A DNA stretch of 64,000 nt. It comes from Amphiscolops sp. MND2022 (taxonomy: Eukaryota). Below, piece after piece: positions 40,329 to 53,000 of this stretch. The position numbers were made by a program, and so were the translations under genes. Each line of letters starts with the position of its first letter. The first letter of the stretch is position 1. The notes below the pieces were generated by a model that saw only the letters and a program-made list of their open reading frames with translations, had not been told where the DNA came from and did not search any database. Location: contig OZ076409.1 in the NCBI GenBank assembly GCA_964187785.1, forward strand, positions 72,976,001 through 73,040,000. Reading direction: 5' to 3'.

Positions 40329-40382
40329 AGACGCCCACCTTTCCGTGGGTATGCCGAGGTATGCCTTTCGAAGACGTATGTC
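40329..40382. other. Degenerate extra core, 198 bp upstream of an intact core
   Basis: ACGCCCACCTTTCCGT-GGGTATGCCGAGGTATGCCT-TTCGAAGACGTATG. It is not followed by CTAGGTG. Confidence 0.85.
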
Positions 40383-41651
40383 AAAACGCAAATGCGATAA
40401 AAAAAGGTGCTGATATTCGGAAACAGTGACAAACAAATTGACTATTTGATATTTGGTAGGTTTTTATATGGAACTTACACATCACTGACATTTCAAAACA
40501 TTCCAGCTGACGGCCACATACAAACATCAACGCCCACCGTCCGTGGGCATGCCGAGGCATGCCCTTCGACGACGTATGGCAAATACCTTCATCGACGCCT
40601 CCACATTCCCCTAGGTGGTTGGGGCGGTCCCCAGAACGCACAAGGAGGCGCGGGGAGGGTCCTGCGCCGACGTAGAATAATTTCATAAAATACTAGTATC
40701 CTACATGGGTGTTTTAGAAGCGATTTTGGAATCTAACCGTACGATTTGGATAATTTTTTGCATGCGGCCATAACTCGAAATTCTAAGAACTTTTTCCTAC
40801 TGTCATTTTCCCCGCAAATTGTTTTTTGTTGACTTATGGCCGAAAAACCGGAAATAACGTCCTTTTTAGACGTTATATCCGAAGTGTTGTCATAACTTTT
40901 TTCCAGGGCATGCTAGCGTTCTTGTTCACTTTTACACTTAGTTGCAGCATCTCAAAATACAACTGGTGGAAAATTTTGGTTGCATTCGGATCACCCCCCA
41001 CCGAGATAGAAGGGTTCCCCCCTCCAGTTTTTTCCCCCAAAATTGCGAAAATACCAATTTTGAGCATGAAGCCGTGGATTTAGCGAATCCTCACCCCCCT
41101 GATGTTTTGTCGGACGTATTAGGGCTAATCTGATTACATGTGTGGTTTTCACCCCCAACCCCCCCCTTGGACCGGAAATGACACTTTTTTGTGTTTTTTG
41201 GCAGAATTTAGCCTTTTTCATTATTAGGCAGTCGTTTTAGGGACTCCTAGCAGGATATTGAAATTGAAATACAACCTGATCACAACCCAGTGACAACATG
41301 TTGGCCACTTGGAGGTATCATCATGACCGGAAGTGGGGTCAACCCCCCTTTTTGTGACCGCTTTTTGACCTTGTGCACCAAAATGCCAACATCTTGAGGC
41401 CTAATGAGGCATTCAAATCTGTACAAAGATAAAATGTTAGACAACCGAAGTCCCGCAAGATCTTCAGCATATACCGGAAGTTACCCCCCATGACCGGAAG
41501 TTACCCAATGTGACCGGAAATGGTCCAAAAATTAATGTAAAGTTGAATTTTTCTCTATTTCAAGACCACTTCATTGAACATTTTCAATCTCAAAACTAGC
41601 GTACTGGCTTGTTTTGCTGAATTTATGGAAATTGATGAGCTCTATCGCACC

Positions 41652-41696
41652 CGATAGCCTTCGAAGTTGACCTTGCGTCAACTTTGGAGGCTATCG
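41652..41696. other. Type-2 hairpin
   Basis: CGATAGCCTTCGAAGTTGAC-CTTGC-GTCAACTTTGGAGGCTATCG. Confidence 0.85.
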
Positions 41697-43559
41697 ATAA
41701 AGAAAAATGAACAACAAAGTACATTGTTGCTCTCGTTTTTTTCCCGTTGTTTTTCCTCAAACATTCTTGAGACATATACATGGCTGTTAGTTGAAATCAA
41801 TATTTAGCCCATGTTATAGCTGGAGCAGCGAAGCGTTACACAGACTAGTGTGGTTTTGAAATCACACTATTTAAATTGACAACTGACCGTCTTAGTCAAC
41901 TCCACACATTCATACCAACGCCCACCGTCTGTGGGCATGCCGAGGCATGCCCTTCGACGACGTATGACGAATCCATTCCAACGACACCCGCAGTCCTCAG
42001 CTAGGTGGTCGGGGTTTTCTCCCCACCTTTATTTGCGAGCGCGGGAGACGGGTCCTGTCGCGAGCCTTAGATACCAAAAATAGCCTATCCGCGACCGGGT
42101 CAAAAAAATGCGATCTCGAAAACTAGCCGTACGATTCGGCTGAAATTTGGCACACGGCTTCCTATAACAGTTCTAAGAAACATTTACTACTGACGTTTTG
42201 CTGGCAAAAATCGAAAAGTGGGTCAAAATAACGGTTTTTGGGGTAAAAAGTAGCGTTTTTTTGAAAATTTTGCATTTCACAGCCAATTACTCGGAAATGG
42301 TCGATCCAGCGCAGTAACGCCTTGCTGATTTATTGTTGGGCACGTCAAGAAGCGTACGTACACAAATTTTGGTCCATATCGGACTGAAACTTGGGGAGAT
42401 ATTAACGGTAGTTTGGGGGTTTCAAACCGCTATTTTACCGGAAATTGCACTTTTTGACCGGGAAGGAGTTGTCTGAGTGCGGGGTCGTCTGGTAATGTTT
42501 TGTAGAGCATCTGGGGACGTAGTGGGGGACATGTAATTTAATGACCCCGGTTAACCCCTCGGACGGGAAATGACCGTTATGTGGGTTTTAAATGTGGCCC
42601 CCGCCAATTTTCCCCGTTATTTCCGGTGTGAAGGATTGGTAGTAGCGCGTCGGGTGCCTTATATCAAAAGTACGTTTAGACAAGGACCTATTGGAAACAT
42701 GTGGTTTGGGACCCTTTGAACGGACCCGTTAGCCGCTAATGGGGTGACTGCCTCCTTTTTTTGGGGGTAAAACCGTAAAACGGGCATTGAAGTGAAATTA
42801 ACTCGTGAACGCGTGGAGCTATCGTGTCCTTCACTACTACAAGGTTTCATACCCATGATATGGTGCCTTCAGGGGGGCGAACAGATTTCCGCTATCTATC
42901 ACCGTTACGGACTTGGCCCCCCAGCCTAACCGCTATGTGACCGGAAATGTCACTTTTTGAGCCCAAAGTGTCGGTCCCAGCGTGGCAACGTTAGGTAACC
43001 TATTGTAGTACACATTGAGACGAGTTGGGGGATTTAGTTTCAGTCACACCCTGTTGGCCCGTTAGGTCGGAAATGACCGTTATGTAGTGAAAAATGGGAT
43101 TTTTATAGTTTTTGAAGGCCATTTCGGGCAGGAAGGAGGGGTAATATGACTTTGGACACCATATGATGGAAGACGTGAAGTGTGACCAGCATTCCGGATT
43201 AACCGTTATGATGACCCGGAAGTCCCCCTGGCCCCGGAAATGACCAAAAAAATGTAACATTTTGTGTTTTTTGATTAAAAATGTTTGTTATTTAACCGAA
43301 TAAAGTACATGTTAGGTGTTTCAATTTCTTCCAGAGGTGAATATAGTCCAATTACATGGTGGGGGGTAACGGTATATTGCCCCGGAAGTCCAACCCGTTG
43401 GGTCTGAGTATGTTTTTCGGGTTTTAAAATGTGTCAAAACGTACTTTTGTGTAATAAATCTCTATTGTAGGCTAATAAGGACCATTTTTGAAGAGTTTAA
43501 ATTTTTTCATAGTAGTTTGTGGAACACCAAAAACTTAAATAACATAACCGTTATAATTT

Positions 43560-43603
43560 GATAGCCTTTCAAGTTGGCCTTGTGTCAACTTGGAAAGGCT
43601 ATC
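43560..43603. other. Type-2 hairpin
   Basis: GATAGCCTTTC-AAGTTGGC-CTTGT-GTCAACTT-G-GAAAGGCTATC: 11-bp outer stem, one extra base in the 3' arm, 8-bp inner stem. Confidence 0.88.
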
Positions 43604-44016
43604 CTTCAAGACTCATGCAACAAAGAAGTTTTTGGGTACATTTGTAATGCTTTAGTGTCAATTAGAGTATCAACAAGAGTATACCAAGCACTAAAACTAT
43701 GTCTAGTTTTCGTTATTAGGATATTAGTTTCCTGAATATTTGTCGGAAATGCTTTTTTAAATCTCTTTTAATGTGGTCTAAATACTCTGAAAACACTTTA
43801 TCGAACCAATTTTCTTGGATGAACCTTAGTAACAATACTAAAAATCGTAGACAACCTTGCTTCGTTTAAATATTTGAAGCTGAAACCGCACCTTACCGTT
43901 GCTCAAACTTCAACCCGACGCCCCATAGCATACATCAACGCACATCGTCTGTGGGCATGCCGAGGCATGCCCTTCGACGACGTATGCCAAATACCTTTAA
44001 CCCGACGCCCGCAGTC

Positions 44017-47000
44017 CTGGGTGCCGGGATTTCCATTCGATAAGGAATTCTGCGCGTGTGGGTAGGGCCCCTGGCGCGCTCCTGTGTTTTCGGTTTTCCT
44101 ACTCCTAAATAGACCCCCTGAATTCCGGGATCTCCTAAACTATCCATACGATTTGGCTGAAATTTGGCACACGTACCCCCCTCGGCACGGTGAAGATGAT
44201 TTCCTACTGACGTTTTTCCCGCTAAACATTTTTTGTTGACCAAAATAACGGTTTTTGGGGTAAAATTTTGAACTTTTTTTAAATTTCATCTTATATCTCG
44301 CCACGGGTACACGCTAGCGCTTCCAAACTTTGCTGACGAAAGTTTGCAAACTGTCTCAGGAATGCTGTGTGAAATTTTCAGCTCAATCGGACTTAAACTC
44401 GAGGAGATATAGCGTTTTCCCGGAGCGGGGGGGTTTCAATTTTCTAACGGTCCAGCTTATCTTTGCCATTTTTTCGAAAATGCACTCGCCTAAAGGCCTC
44501 CCCTGGCCAGTTTTATTCCCAACAAAACCATTTGGCCCTAAATACGGAGTTTCAGCGTTCCAGCATTCCCGGGCGAAAAGTTGTGGGACTTAGAAAAGTT
44601 CAAAAATTTTCAAAAAAAATTTTTTCCGTTATTTGGGCCCTCAAAGTGGGGGAAAAGACCCCCCAACCAGTAAAGCAAGTGAATGCATGTGGAAAGCCCT
44701 TGTTTAGACGAGAAAAATGCCGTCTAGAACGTCTTTTTATCTTAACTTGACATTGACTTTTGTCGTTTTGAAGGTGACCGTTAGATACGGAAAATTGATG
44801 TTTTGAGTATTTATCCCATCTGAAAGCCATTGAGATACAACATGTTTTGCTCAAAACGTGTTTCATTGCAGTTTTGCTGTCCATTATCACCCTTTGGTGT
44901 CTTTTCACGTAATTTTCGTTTCTATAATAACAATTTTTTTGTGTATTTATTCATTTTATTCTCATCAAATAACTTGAAACAGTTGAGTACATTCCATCTC
45001 CCTTCCCGGGGGAGATGAGAATGTACTCGCTAAAGGTCAGGAACTACGGTCTATATCTTCCACAACACAAATGGGATTGCAAATGGTTTCTGTTTGTCGC
45101 AGAAAACTTCTTTTTGCCCTCTGTGACTCGACAAAATGAACGTTTCTTACTTACTTTGAAACTCAGCATACCACAACTCATCTCTAACGTCAGCGCCCCC
45201 CTACTTGCATCAACGCCCACCGTCCGTGGGCATGCCGAGGCATGCCCTTCGACGACGTATACCAAGATATACCTGGAGCGCGGTAGCCGCTAGGTGGCCG
45301 TGTCTTTTCGACGTGCTTTTGCATCGAGGAGTGGGTAGGGCCCCGCGACGACCTAGAAGAATTGGATGCTCACCGAAACGTGCAGAATTCTACGAGATCT
45401 CATAGTTTGAGCCATACGATTTTTCTGAAATTTGGCATGTGGCCTGGAATTGGTGAGTAGGTAAAACGTGTAGAAGGTAATTTTTCCCAAATTCCACTGT
45501 GAGAGGAGATATGGGCAAATAACGGACCCAAAAATGGCAAAAATGCACATTTTTCAACTTTGTCAGCCAATATCTCTTTTCCAGGTGCCCGTAGCGTTCC
45601 GCACGTGGACATCAATATTGCTCAGCGCTGTTGGAGGAGTGCGTGGACAAATTTTGGTTTAAATCGGACTAAAACTTGACGAGAAATTAACGGTTTTTTG
45701 GGCGTTTCCGGGGTAAATTTTTTAACGGTCCAGCTTATCTTTGCCATTTTTTCGAAAATGTACATGCCTAAAGGCCTCCCCCTGGCCGAATTTACTCCCA
45801 GCAAACCCATTTGGCCCTAAATACGGAGTTTCAGCGTTCCAGCATTCCGGGGCGGAAAGTTGTGGGACTTGAAAAAATTTCAAAATTTTTTCAAAAATTT
45901 TTTTTCCCGTTTTCCGGGCCCCCAATGAAGGGGAACGACCCCCCAACCAGTATTTTGAGTGAATTCATGTGGAAAGCCCATGTTTGGAGGAGAAAAATGC
46001 CGTTTAGCACATCTTTTTATCTTAACTTGACATTGACTTATGACGTTTTGAATGTGATGTTAGGATATATGAAGCATGTTAAAAGTTGAAGTTTTGAGTC
46101 TTTATCTCATCGGAAAACCATTGAGATACAAGCAGTTTTGCTAAAAACGATTTTCATTGTAGGTTAGCAGAGTATTAGTACACTTTGATGTCATTTGAGT
46201 ATATTTTTCTTCTATATAATAACTGTTTTTATGTATTTATTCCAATTTATCTCATCTTTTAACATCAAGCAGTTGAGTACATTTCATCTCCCTTTCGGGG
46301 GAGATGAGAATGTACTCGCTAAAAACCTAATGCTATGGCGCCAATGTTTGGATGGGAAGTTTTCTATGCTTTGAAAAAAGTTATTTTTAATTACTTGATT
46401 TTTTAAAACAATAATTAACATGAAGTACATTACTTGCTCCTACTACTACCACCATACATCTCTAACGTCAACGCCCCCTGCTTGCATCAACGCCCCATCG
46501 TCCGTGGGCATGCCGAGGCATGCCCTTCGACGACGTATGCCAAATGCCCAGTGCCACGCAGTCTTTTCCCGCTAGGTGGCCGTGTCTTTTCGACGTGCTT
46601 TTGCATTGAGGAGTGGGTAGGGCCCCGCGACGACCTAGAAGAATTGGATGCTCACCGAAACGTGCAGAATTCTACGAGATCTCATAGTTTGAGCCATACG
46701 ATTTTTCTGAAATTTGGCATGTGGCCTGGAATTGGTGAGTAGGTAAAACGTGTAGGAGGTGATTTTTCCCAAATTCCACTGTGAGACGAGATATGGGCAA
46801 ATAACGGTCCCAAAAATGGCAAAAATGCACTTTTTTCAACTTTGTCAGCCCATATCTCTTTTCCAGGTGCCCGTAGCGTTCCGCACGTGGACATCAATAT
46901 TGCTCAGCGCTGTCGGAGGAGTGCGTGGACAAATTTTGGTTTAAATCGGACTTAAACTTGACGAGAAATTAACGGTTTTTTGGGCGTTTCCGGGGTAAAT

Positions 47001-50000
47001 TTTTTAACGGTCCAGCTTATCTTTGCCATTTTTTCGAAACTGTACATGCCTAAAGGCCTCCCCCTGGCCGAATTTACTCCCAGCAAACCCATTTGGCCCT
47101 AAATACGGAGTTTCAGCGTTCCAGCATTCCGGGGCGGAAAGTTGTGGGACTTGGAAAAATTTCAAAATTTTTTCAAAAAATTTTTTTCCCGTTTTCCGGG
47201 CCCCCAATGAAGGGGAACGACCCCCCAACCAGTATTTTGAGTGAATTCATGTGGAACGCCCATGTTTGGCGGTGAAAAATGCCGTTTAGAACATCTTTTT
47301 ATCTTAACTTGACATTGACTTATGACGTTTTGAATGTGATGTTAGGATATATGAAGCATGTTAAAAGTTGAAGTTTTGAGTCTTTATCTCATCGGAAAAC
47401 CATTGAGATACAAGCATTTTTGCTAAAAACGATTTTCATTGTAGGTTAGCAGAGTATTAGTACACTTTGATGTCATTTGAGTATTTTTTTCTTCTATATA
47501 ATAACTGTTTTTATGTATTTATTCCAATTTATCTCATCTTTTAACATCAAGCAGTTGAGTACATTTCATCTCCCTTTCGGGGGAGATGAGAATGTACTCG
47601 CTAAAAACTTAATGCTATGGCGCCAATGTTTGGATGGGAAGTTTTCTATGCTTTGAAAAAAGTTATTTTTAATTACTTGATTTTTTAAAACAATAATTAA
47701 CATGAAGTACATTACTTGCTCCTACTACTACCACCATACATCTCTAACGTCAACGCCCCCTGCTTGCATCAACGCCCCATCGTCCGTGGGCATGCCGAGG
47801 CATGCCCTTCGACGACGTATGCCAAATGCCCAGTGCCACGCAGTCTTTCCCCGCTAGGTGGCCGTGTCTTTTCGACGTGCTTTTGCATTGAGGAGTGGGT
47901 AGGGCCCCGCGACGACCTAGAAGAATTGGATGCTCACCGAAACGTGCAGAATTCTACGAGATCTCATAGTTTGAGCCATACGATTTTTCTGAAATTTGGC
48001 ATGTGGCCTGGAATTGGTGAGTAGGTAAAACGTGTAGAAGGTAATTTTTCCCAAATTCCACTGTGAGACGAGATATGGGCAAATAACGGTCCCAAAAATG
48101 GCAAAAATGCACTTTTTTCAACTTTGTCAGCCCATATCTCGTTCCCAGGTGCCCGGAGCGGGACGCGTTAAGCTGATTATAAACTCTAGGGTGTTGAGGC
48201 TGTACGGGGAAGTCAGGCCCGTTCCGATCGGACTTGTAGTCTTGGAGAAATAACGGTATTTTTGGGGAACCTTTTCTAACGGTCCAGCTTATCTTTGCCA
48301 TTTTTTCGAAAATGTACTCGCCTAAAGGCCTCCCCCTGGCCGAATTTACTCCCAGCAAAACCATTTGGCCCTAAATACGGAGTTTCAGCGTTCCAGCATT
48401 CCCGGGCGAAAAGTTGTGGGACTTAGAAAAATTTCAAAAATTTTCAAAAATTTTTTTCCGTTTTCCGCCCTCCCCCCCCGAGGGGAAAAGACCCCCCAAC
48501 CAGTAATTTGAGTGAATGCATGTCAAAAGCCCTTGTTTTGACGAGAAAAATACCGTTTAGAACATCTTTTTATCTTGACTCAACGTTGACTTATGACGTT
48601 TTGAATGTGATGTAAGGATGTACGAGGCATGTGATAAGTTGATGTTTTGAGACTTTATCTCATATGAAAGCGGTTGAGATGCAAGCTGTCCTGCTCAAAA
48701 CGTCTTTCGTTATAATTTTCCAGTGCACCAATACCCTTTGGTGTCATATAAACATACTTTTTGTCGATATATTAACAATTTTAATGTATTTATTCCAATT
48801 TTTATTATCTTATAACTCAAAACAGTTGAGTACATTTCATCTCCCTTTCGGGGGAGATGAGAATGTACTCGCTAAAGACCTAGCGCCATGACCAAAAGTT
48901 TGAAACCCACGTTTTTTATCTTCTTACAGACTTGTTTTTGTATTTTTTCGGAATTTTTTAAAAATTAATATACTTGAAATACATTACTTGACTTTACTAC
49001 TACAATCCACCTTCAACGTCAACGCCCCCCTGCTTGCATCAACGCCCACCGTCCGTGGGCATGCCGAGGCATGCCCTTCGACGACGTATGCCAAATGCCC
49101 AGTGCCACGCAGTCATTATCGCTAGGTGGCCGTGTCTTTTCGACGTGCTTTTGCATTGAGGAGTGGGTAGGGCCCCGCGACGACCTAGAAGAATTGGATG
49201 CTCACCGAAACGTGCAGAATTCTACGAGATCTCATAGTTTGAGCCATACGATTTTTCTGAAATTTGGCATGTGGCCTGGAATTGGTGAGTAGGTAAAACG
49301 TGTAGAAGGTAATTTTTCCCAAATTCTACTGTGAGAGGAGATATGGGCAAATAACGGACCCAAAAATGGCAAAAATGCACATTTTTCAACTTTGTCAGCC
49401 AATATCTCTTTTCCAGGTGCCCGTAGCGTTCCGCACGTGGACATCAATATTGCTCAGCGCTGTCGAAGGAGTGCGTGGACAAATTTTGGTATAAATCGGA
49501 CTTAAACTTGACGAGAAATTAACGATTTTTTGGGCGTTTCCGGAGTAAATTTTTTAACGGTCCAGCTTATCTTTGCCATTTTTTCGAAAATGTACATGCC
49601 TAAAGGCCTCCCCCTGGCCGAATTTACTCCCAGCAAACCCATTTGGCCCTAAATACGGAGTTTCAGCGTTCCAGCATTCCGGGGCGGAAAGTTGTGGGAC
49701 TTGGAAAAATTTCAAAATTTTTTCAAAAATTTTTTTTCCCGTTTTCCGGGCCCCCAATGAAGGGGAACGACCCCCCAACCAGTATTTTGAGTGAATTCAT
49801 GTGGAAAGCCCATGTTTGGAGGAGAAAAATGCCGTTTAGCACATCTTTTTATCTTAACTTGACATTGACTTATGACGTTTTGAATGTGATGTTAGGATAT
49901 ATGAAGCATGTTAAAAGTTGAAGTTTTGAGTCTTTATCTCATCGGAAAACCATTGAGATACAAGCAGTTTTGCTAAAAACGATTTTCATTGTAGGTTAGC

Positions 50001-53000
50001 AGAGTATTAGTACACTTTGATGTCATTTGAGTATATTTTTCTTCTATATAATAACTGTTTTTATGTATTTATTCCAATTTATCTCATCTTTTAACATCAA
50101 GCAGTTGAGTACATTTCATCTCCCTTTCGGGGGAGATGAGAATGTACTCGCTAAAAACCTAATGCTATGGCGCCAATGTTTGGATGGGAAGTTTTCTATG
50201 CTTTGAAAAAAGTTATTTTTAATTACTTGATTTTTTAAAACAATAATTAACATGAAGTACATTACTTGCTCCTACTACTACCACCATACATCTCTAACGT
50301 CAACGCCCCCTGCTTGCATCAACGCCCCATCGTCCGTGGGCATGCCGAGGCATGCCCTTCGACGACGTATGCCAAATGCCCAGTGCCACGCAGTCTTTTC
50401 CCGCTAGGTGGCCGTGTCTTTTCGACGTGCTTTTGCATCGAGGAGTGGGTAGGGCCCCGCGACGACCTAGAAGAATTGGATGCTCACCGAAACGTGCAGA
50501 ATTCTACGAGATCTCATAGTTTGAGCCATACGATTTTTCTGAAATTTGGCATGTGGCCTGGAATTGGTGAGTAGGTAAAACGTGTAGGAGGTAATTTTTC
50601 CCAAATTCCATTGTGAGAGGAGATATGGGCAAATAACGGTCCCAAAAATGGCAAAATTGCACTTTTTTCAACTTTGTCAGCCCATATCTCGTTCCCAGGT
50701 GCCCGGAGCGGGACGCGTTAAGCTGATTATAAACTCTAGGGTGTTGAGGCGGTACGGTGAACTTGGGCCCGTTCCGATCGGACTTGTAGTCTTGGAGAAA
50801 TAACGGTATTTTTGGGAATTTTTTTCTAACGGTCCAGCTTATCTTTGCCATTTTTTCGAAAATGTACTCGCCTAAAGGCCTCCCCCTGGCCGAATTTACT
50901 CCCAGCAAAACCATTTGGCCCTAAATACGGAGTTTCAGCGTTCCAGCATTCCGGGGCGGAAAGTTGTGGGACTTGGAAAAATTTCAAAATTTTTTCAAAA
51001 AATTTTTTTCCCGTTTTCCGGGCCCCCAATGAAGGGGAACGACCCCCCGACCAGTATTTTGAGTGAATTCATGTGGAACGCCCATGTTTGGAGGAGAAAA
51101 ATGCCGTTTAGCACATCTTTTTATCTTAACTTGACATTGACTTATTTCGTTTTGAATGTGATGTTAGGATATATGAAGCATGTTAAAAGTTGAAGTTTTG
51201 AGTCTTTATCTCATCGGAAAACCATTGAGATACAAGCAGTTTTGCTAAAAACGATTTTCATTGTAGGTTAGCAGAGTATTAGTACACTTTGATGTCATTT
51301 GAGTATTTTTTTCTTCTATATAATAACTGTTTTTATGTATTTATTCCAATTTATCTCATCTTTTAACATCAAGCAGTTGAGTACATTTCATCTCCCTTTC
51401 GGGGGAGATGAGAATGTACTCGCTAAAAAACTAATGCTTTGGCGCCAATGTTTGGATGGGAAGTTTTCTATGCTTTGAAAAAAGTTATTTTTAATTACTT
51501 GATTTTTTAAAACAATAATTAACATGAAGTACATTACTTGCTCCTACTACTACCACCATACATCTCTAACGTCAACGCCCCCTGCTTGCATCAACGCCCC
51601 ATCGTCCGTGGGCATGCCGAGGCATGCCCTTCGACGACGTATGCCAAATGCCCAATGCCACGCAGTCTTTCCCCGCTAGGTGCCGGGATTTCCATTCGAT
51701 AAGGAATTCTGCGCGTGTGGGTAGGGCCCCTGGCGCGCTCCTGTGTTTTCGGTTTTCCTACTCCTAAATAGGCCCCCTGAATTCCGGGATCTCCTAAACT
51801 ATCCATACGATTTGGCTGAAATTTGGCACACGTACCCCCCTCGGCACGGTGAAGATGATTCCTTACTGACGTTTTGCCCGCTAAACATTTTTTGTTGACC
51901 AAAATAACGGTTTTTGGTGGAAAATTTTCAACTTTTTTTAAATTTCATCTTATATCTCGCCACGGGTCAACGCTAGCGCTTCCAAACCTTGCTAACGAAA
52001 GTTTGCAAACTGTCTCAGGAATGCTGTGTGAAAATTTCAGCTCAATCGGACCTGAACTCGAGAAGATATAGCGTTTTTCCGGAGCGGGGGGGTTTCATTT
52101 TTCTAACGGTCCAGCTTATCTTTGCCATTTTTTCGAAAATGCACTCGCCTAAAGGCCTCCCCTGGCCGGTTTTATTCCCAGCAAAACCATTTGGCCCTAA
52201 ATACGAAGTTTCAGCGTTCCAGCATTCCCGGGCGAAAAGTTGTGGGACTTAGAAAATTTCAAAAAATTTCAAAAAAATTTTTTTCCGTTATTTGGGCCCC
52301 CAAAGTGGGGGAAAAGACCCCCCAACCAGAAAAGCAAGTGAATGCATGTGCCAAGCCCTTGTTTAGAGGAGAAAAATGCCGTTTAGAACGTCTTTTTATC
52401 TTGGCTCAACGTTGACTTATGACGTTTTGAAGGTGATGTTTGGAGGTGTAAAGCAAGTGAATAGTAAACGTTATGAGTATTTATCTGATCTGAAAGCCAT
52501 TGAGATGCAATATGGTTTGCTCAAAACGTAATTCATTGCAGTTTGGCAATCAATCAACACCCTTTGTTGTCGTTTGACATACTTTTTTGTTGTTATAATA
52601 AAAAATTTTGTGTATTTATTCATTTTTTTCTCATCAAATAACTTGAAACAGTTGAGTACATTCCATCCCCCCCTTCCGGGGGAGATGAGAATGTACTCGC
52701 AAAAAGCACCGAACTACGGCCCTTACCTTCCTGAGCTACGCAGTATAAAGATTGCATATTGGTTCCGACATTTTGATAGAGTTAAATCTTGGTAATCTGT
52801 CTGGGTATGCAGAAAAACCAGCACGTGCTTTTTTATACCAAGTTGCTTACAACGACAATTATTTTATATCAACGCCCCCATATTTATCAACGCCCCCCGT
52901 CCGTGGGCATGCCGAGGCATGCCCTTCGACGACGTATACCAAGATATGTTCGAGCGCGTTAGCCTAGGTGCCCGGATTTCTATTCATTAAAGTATGTTGC

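Larger units (their letters stand above)
33646..44016 (+). repeat. Central block of five long, divergent units: 33646-36443, 36444-38419, 38420-40610, 40611-42000, 42001-44016
   Basis: Each unit begins with CTAGGTG and ends just after an intact core. Lengths are about 2798, 1976, 2191, 1390 and 2016 bp, and the interiors largely differ from the standard units. Confidence 0.9.
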
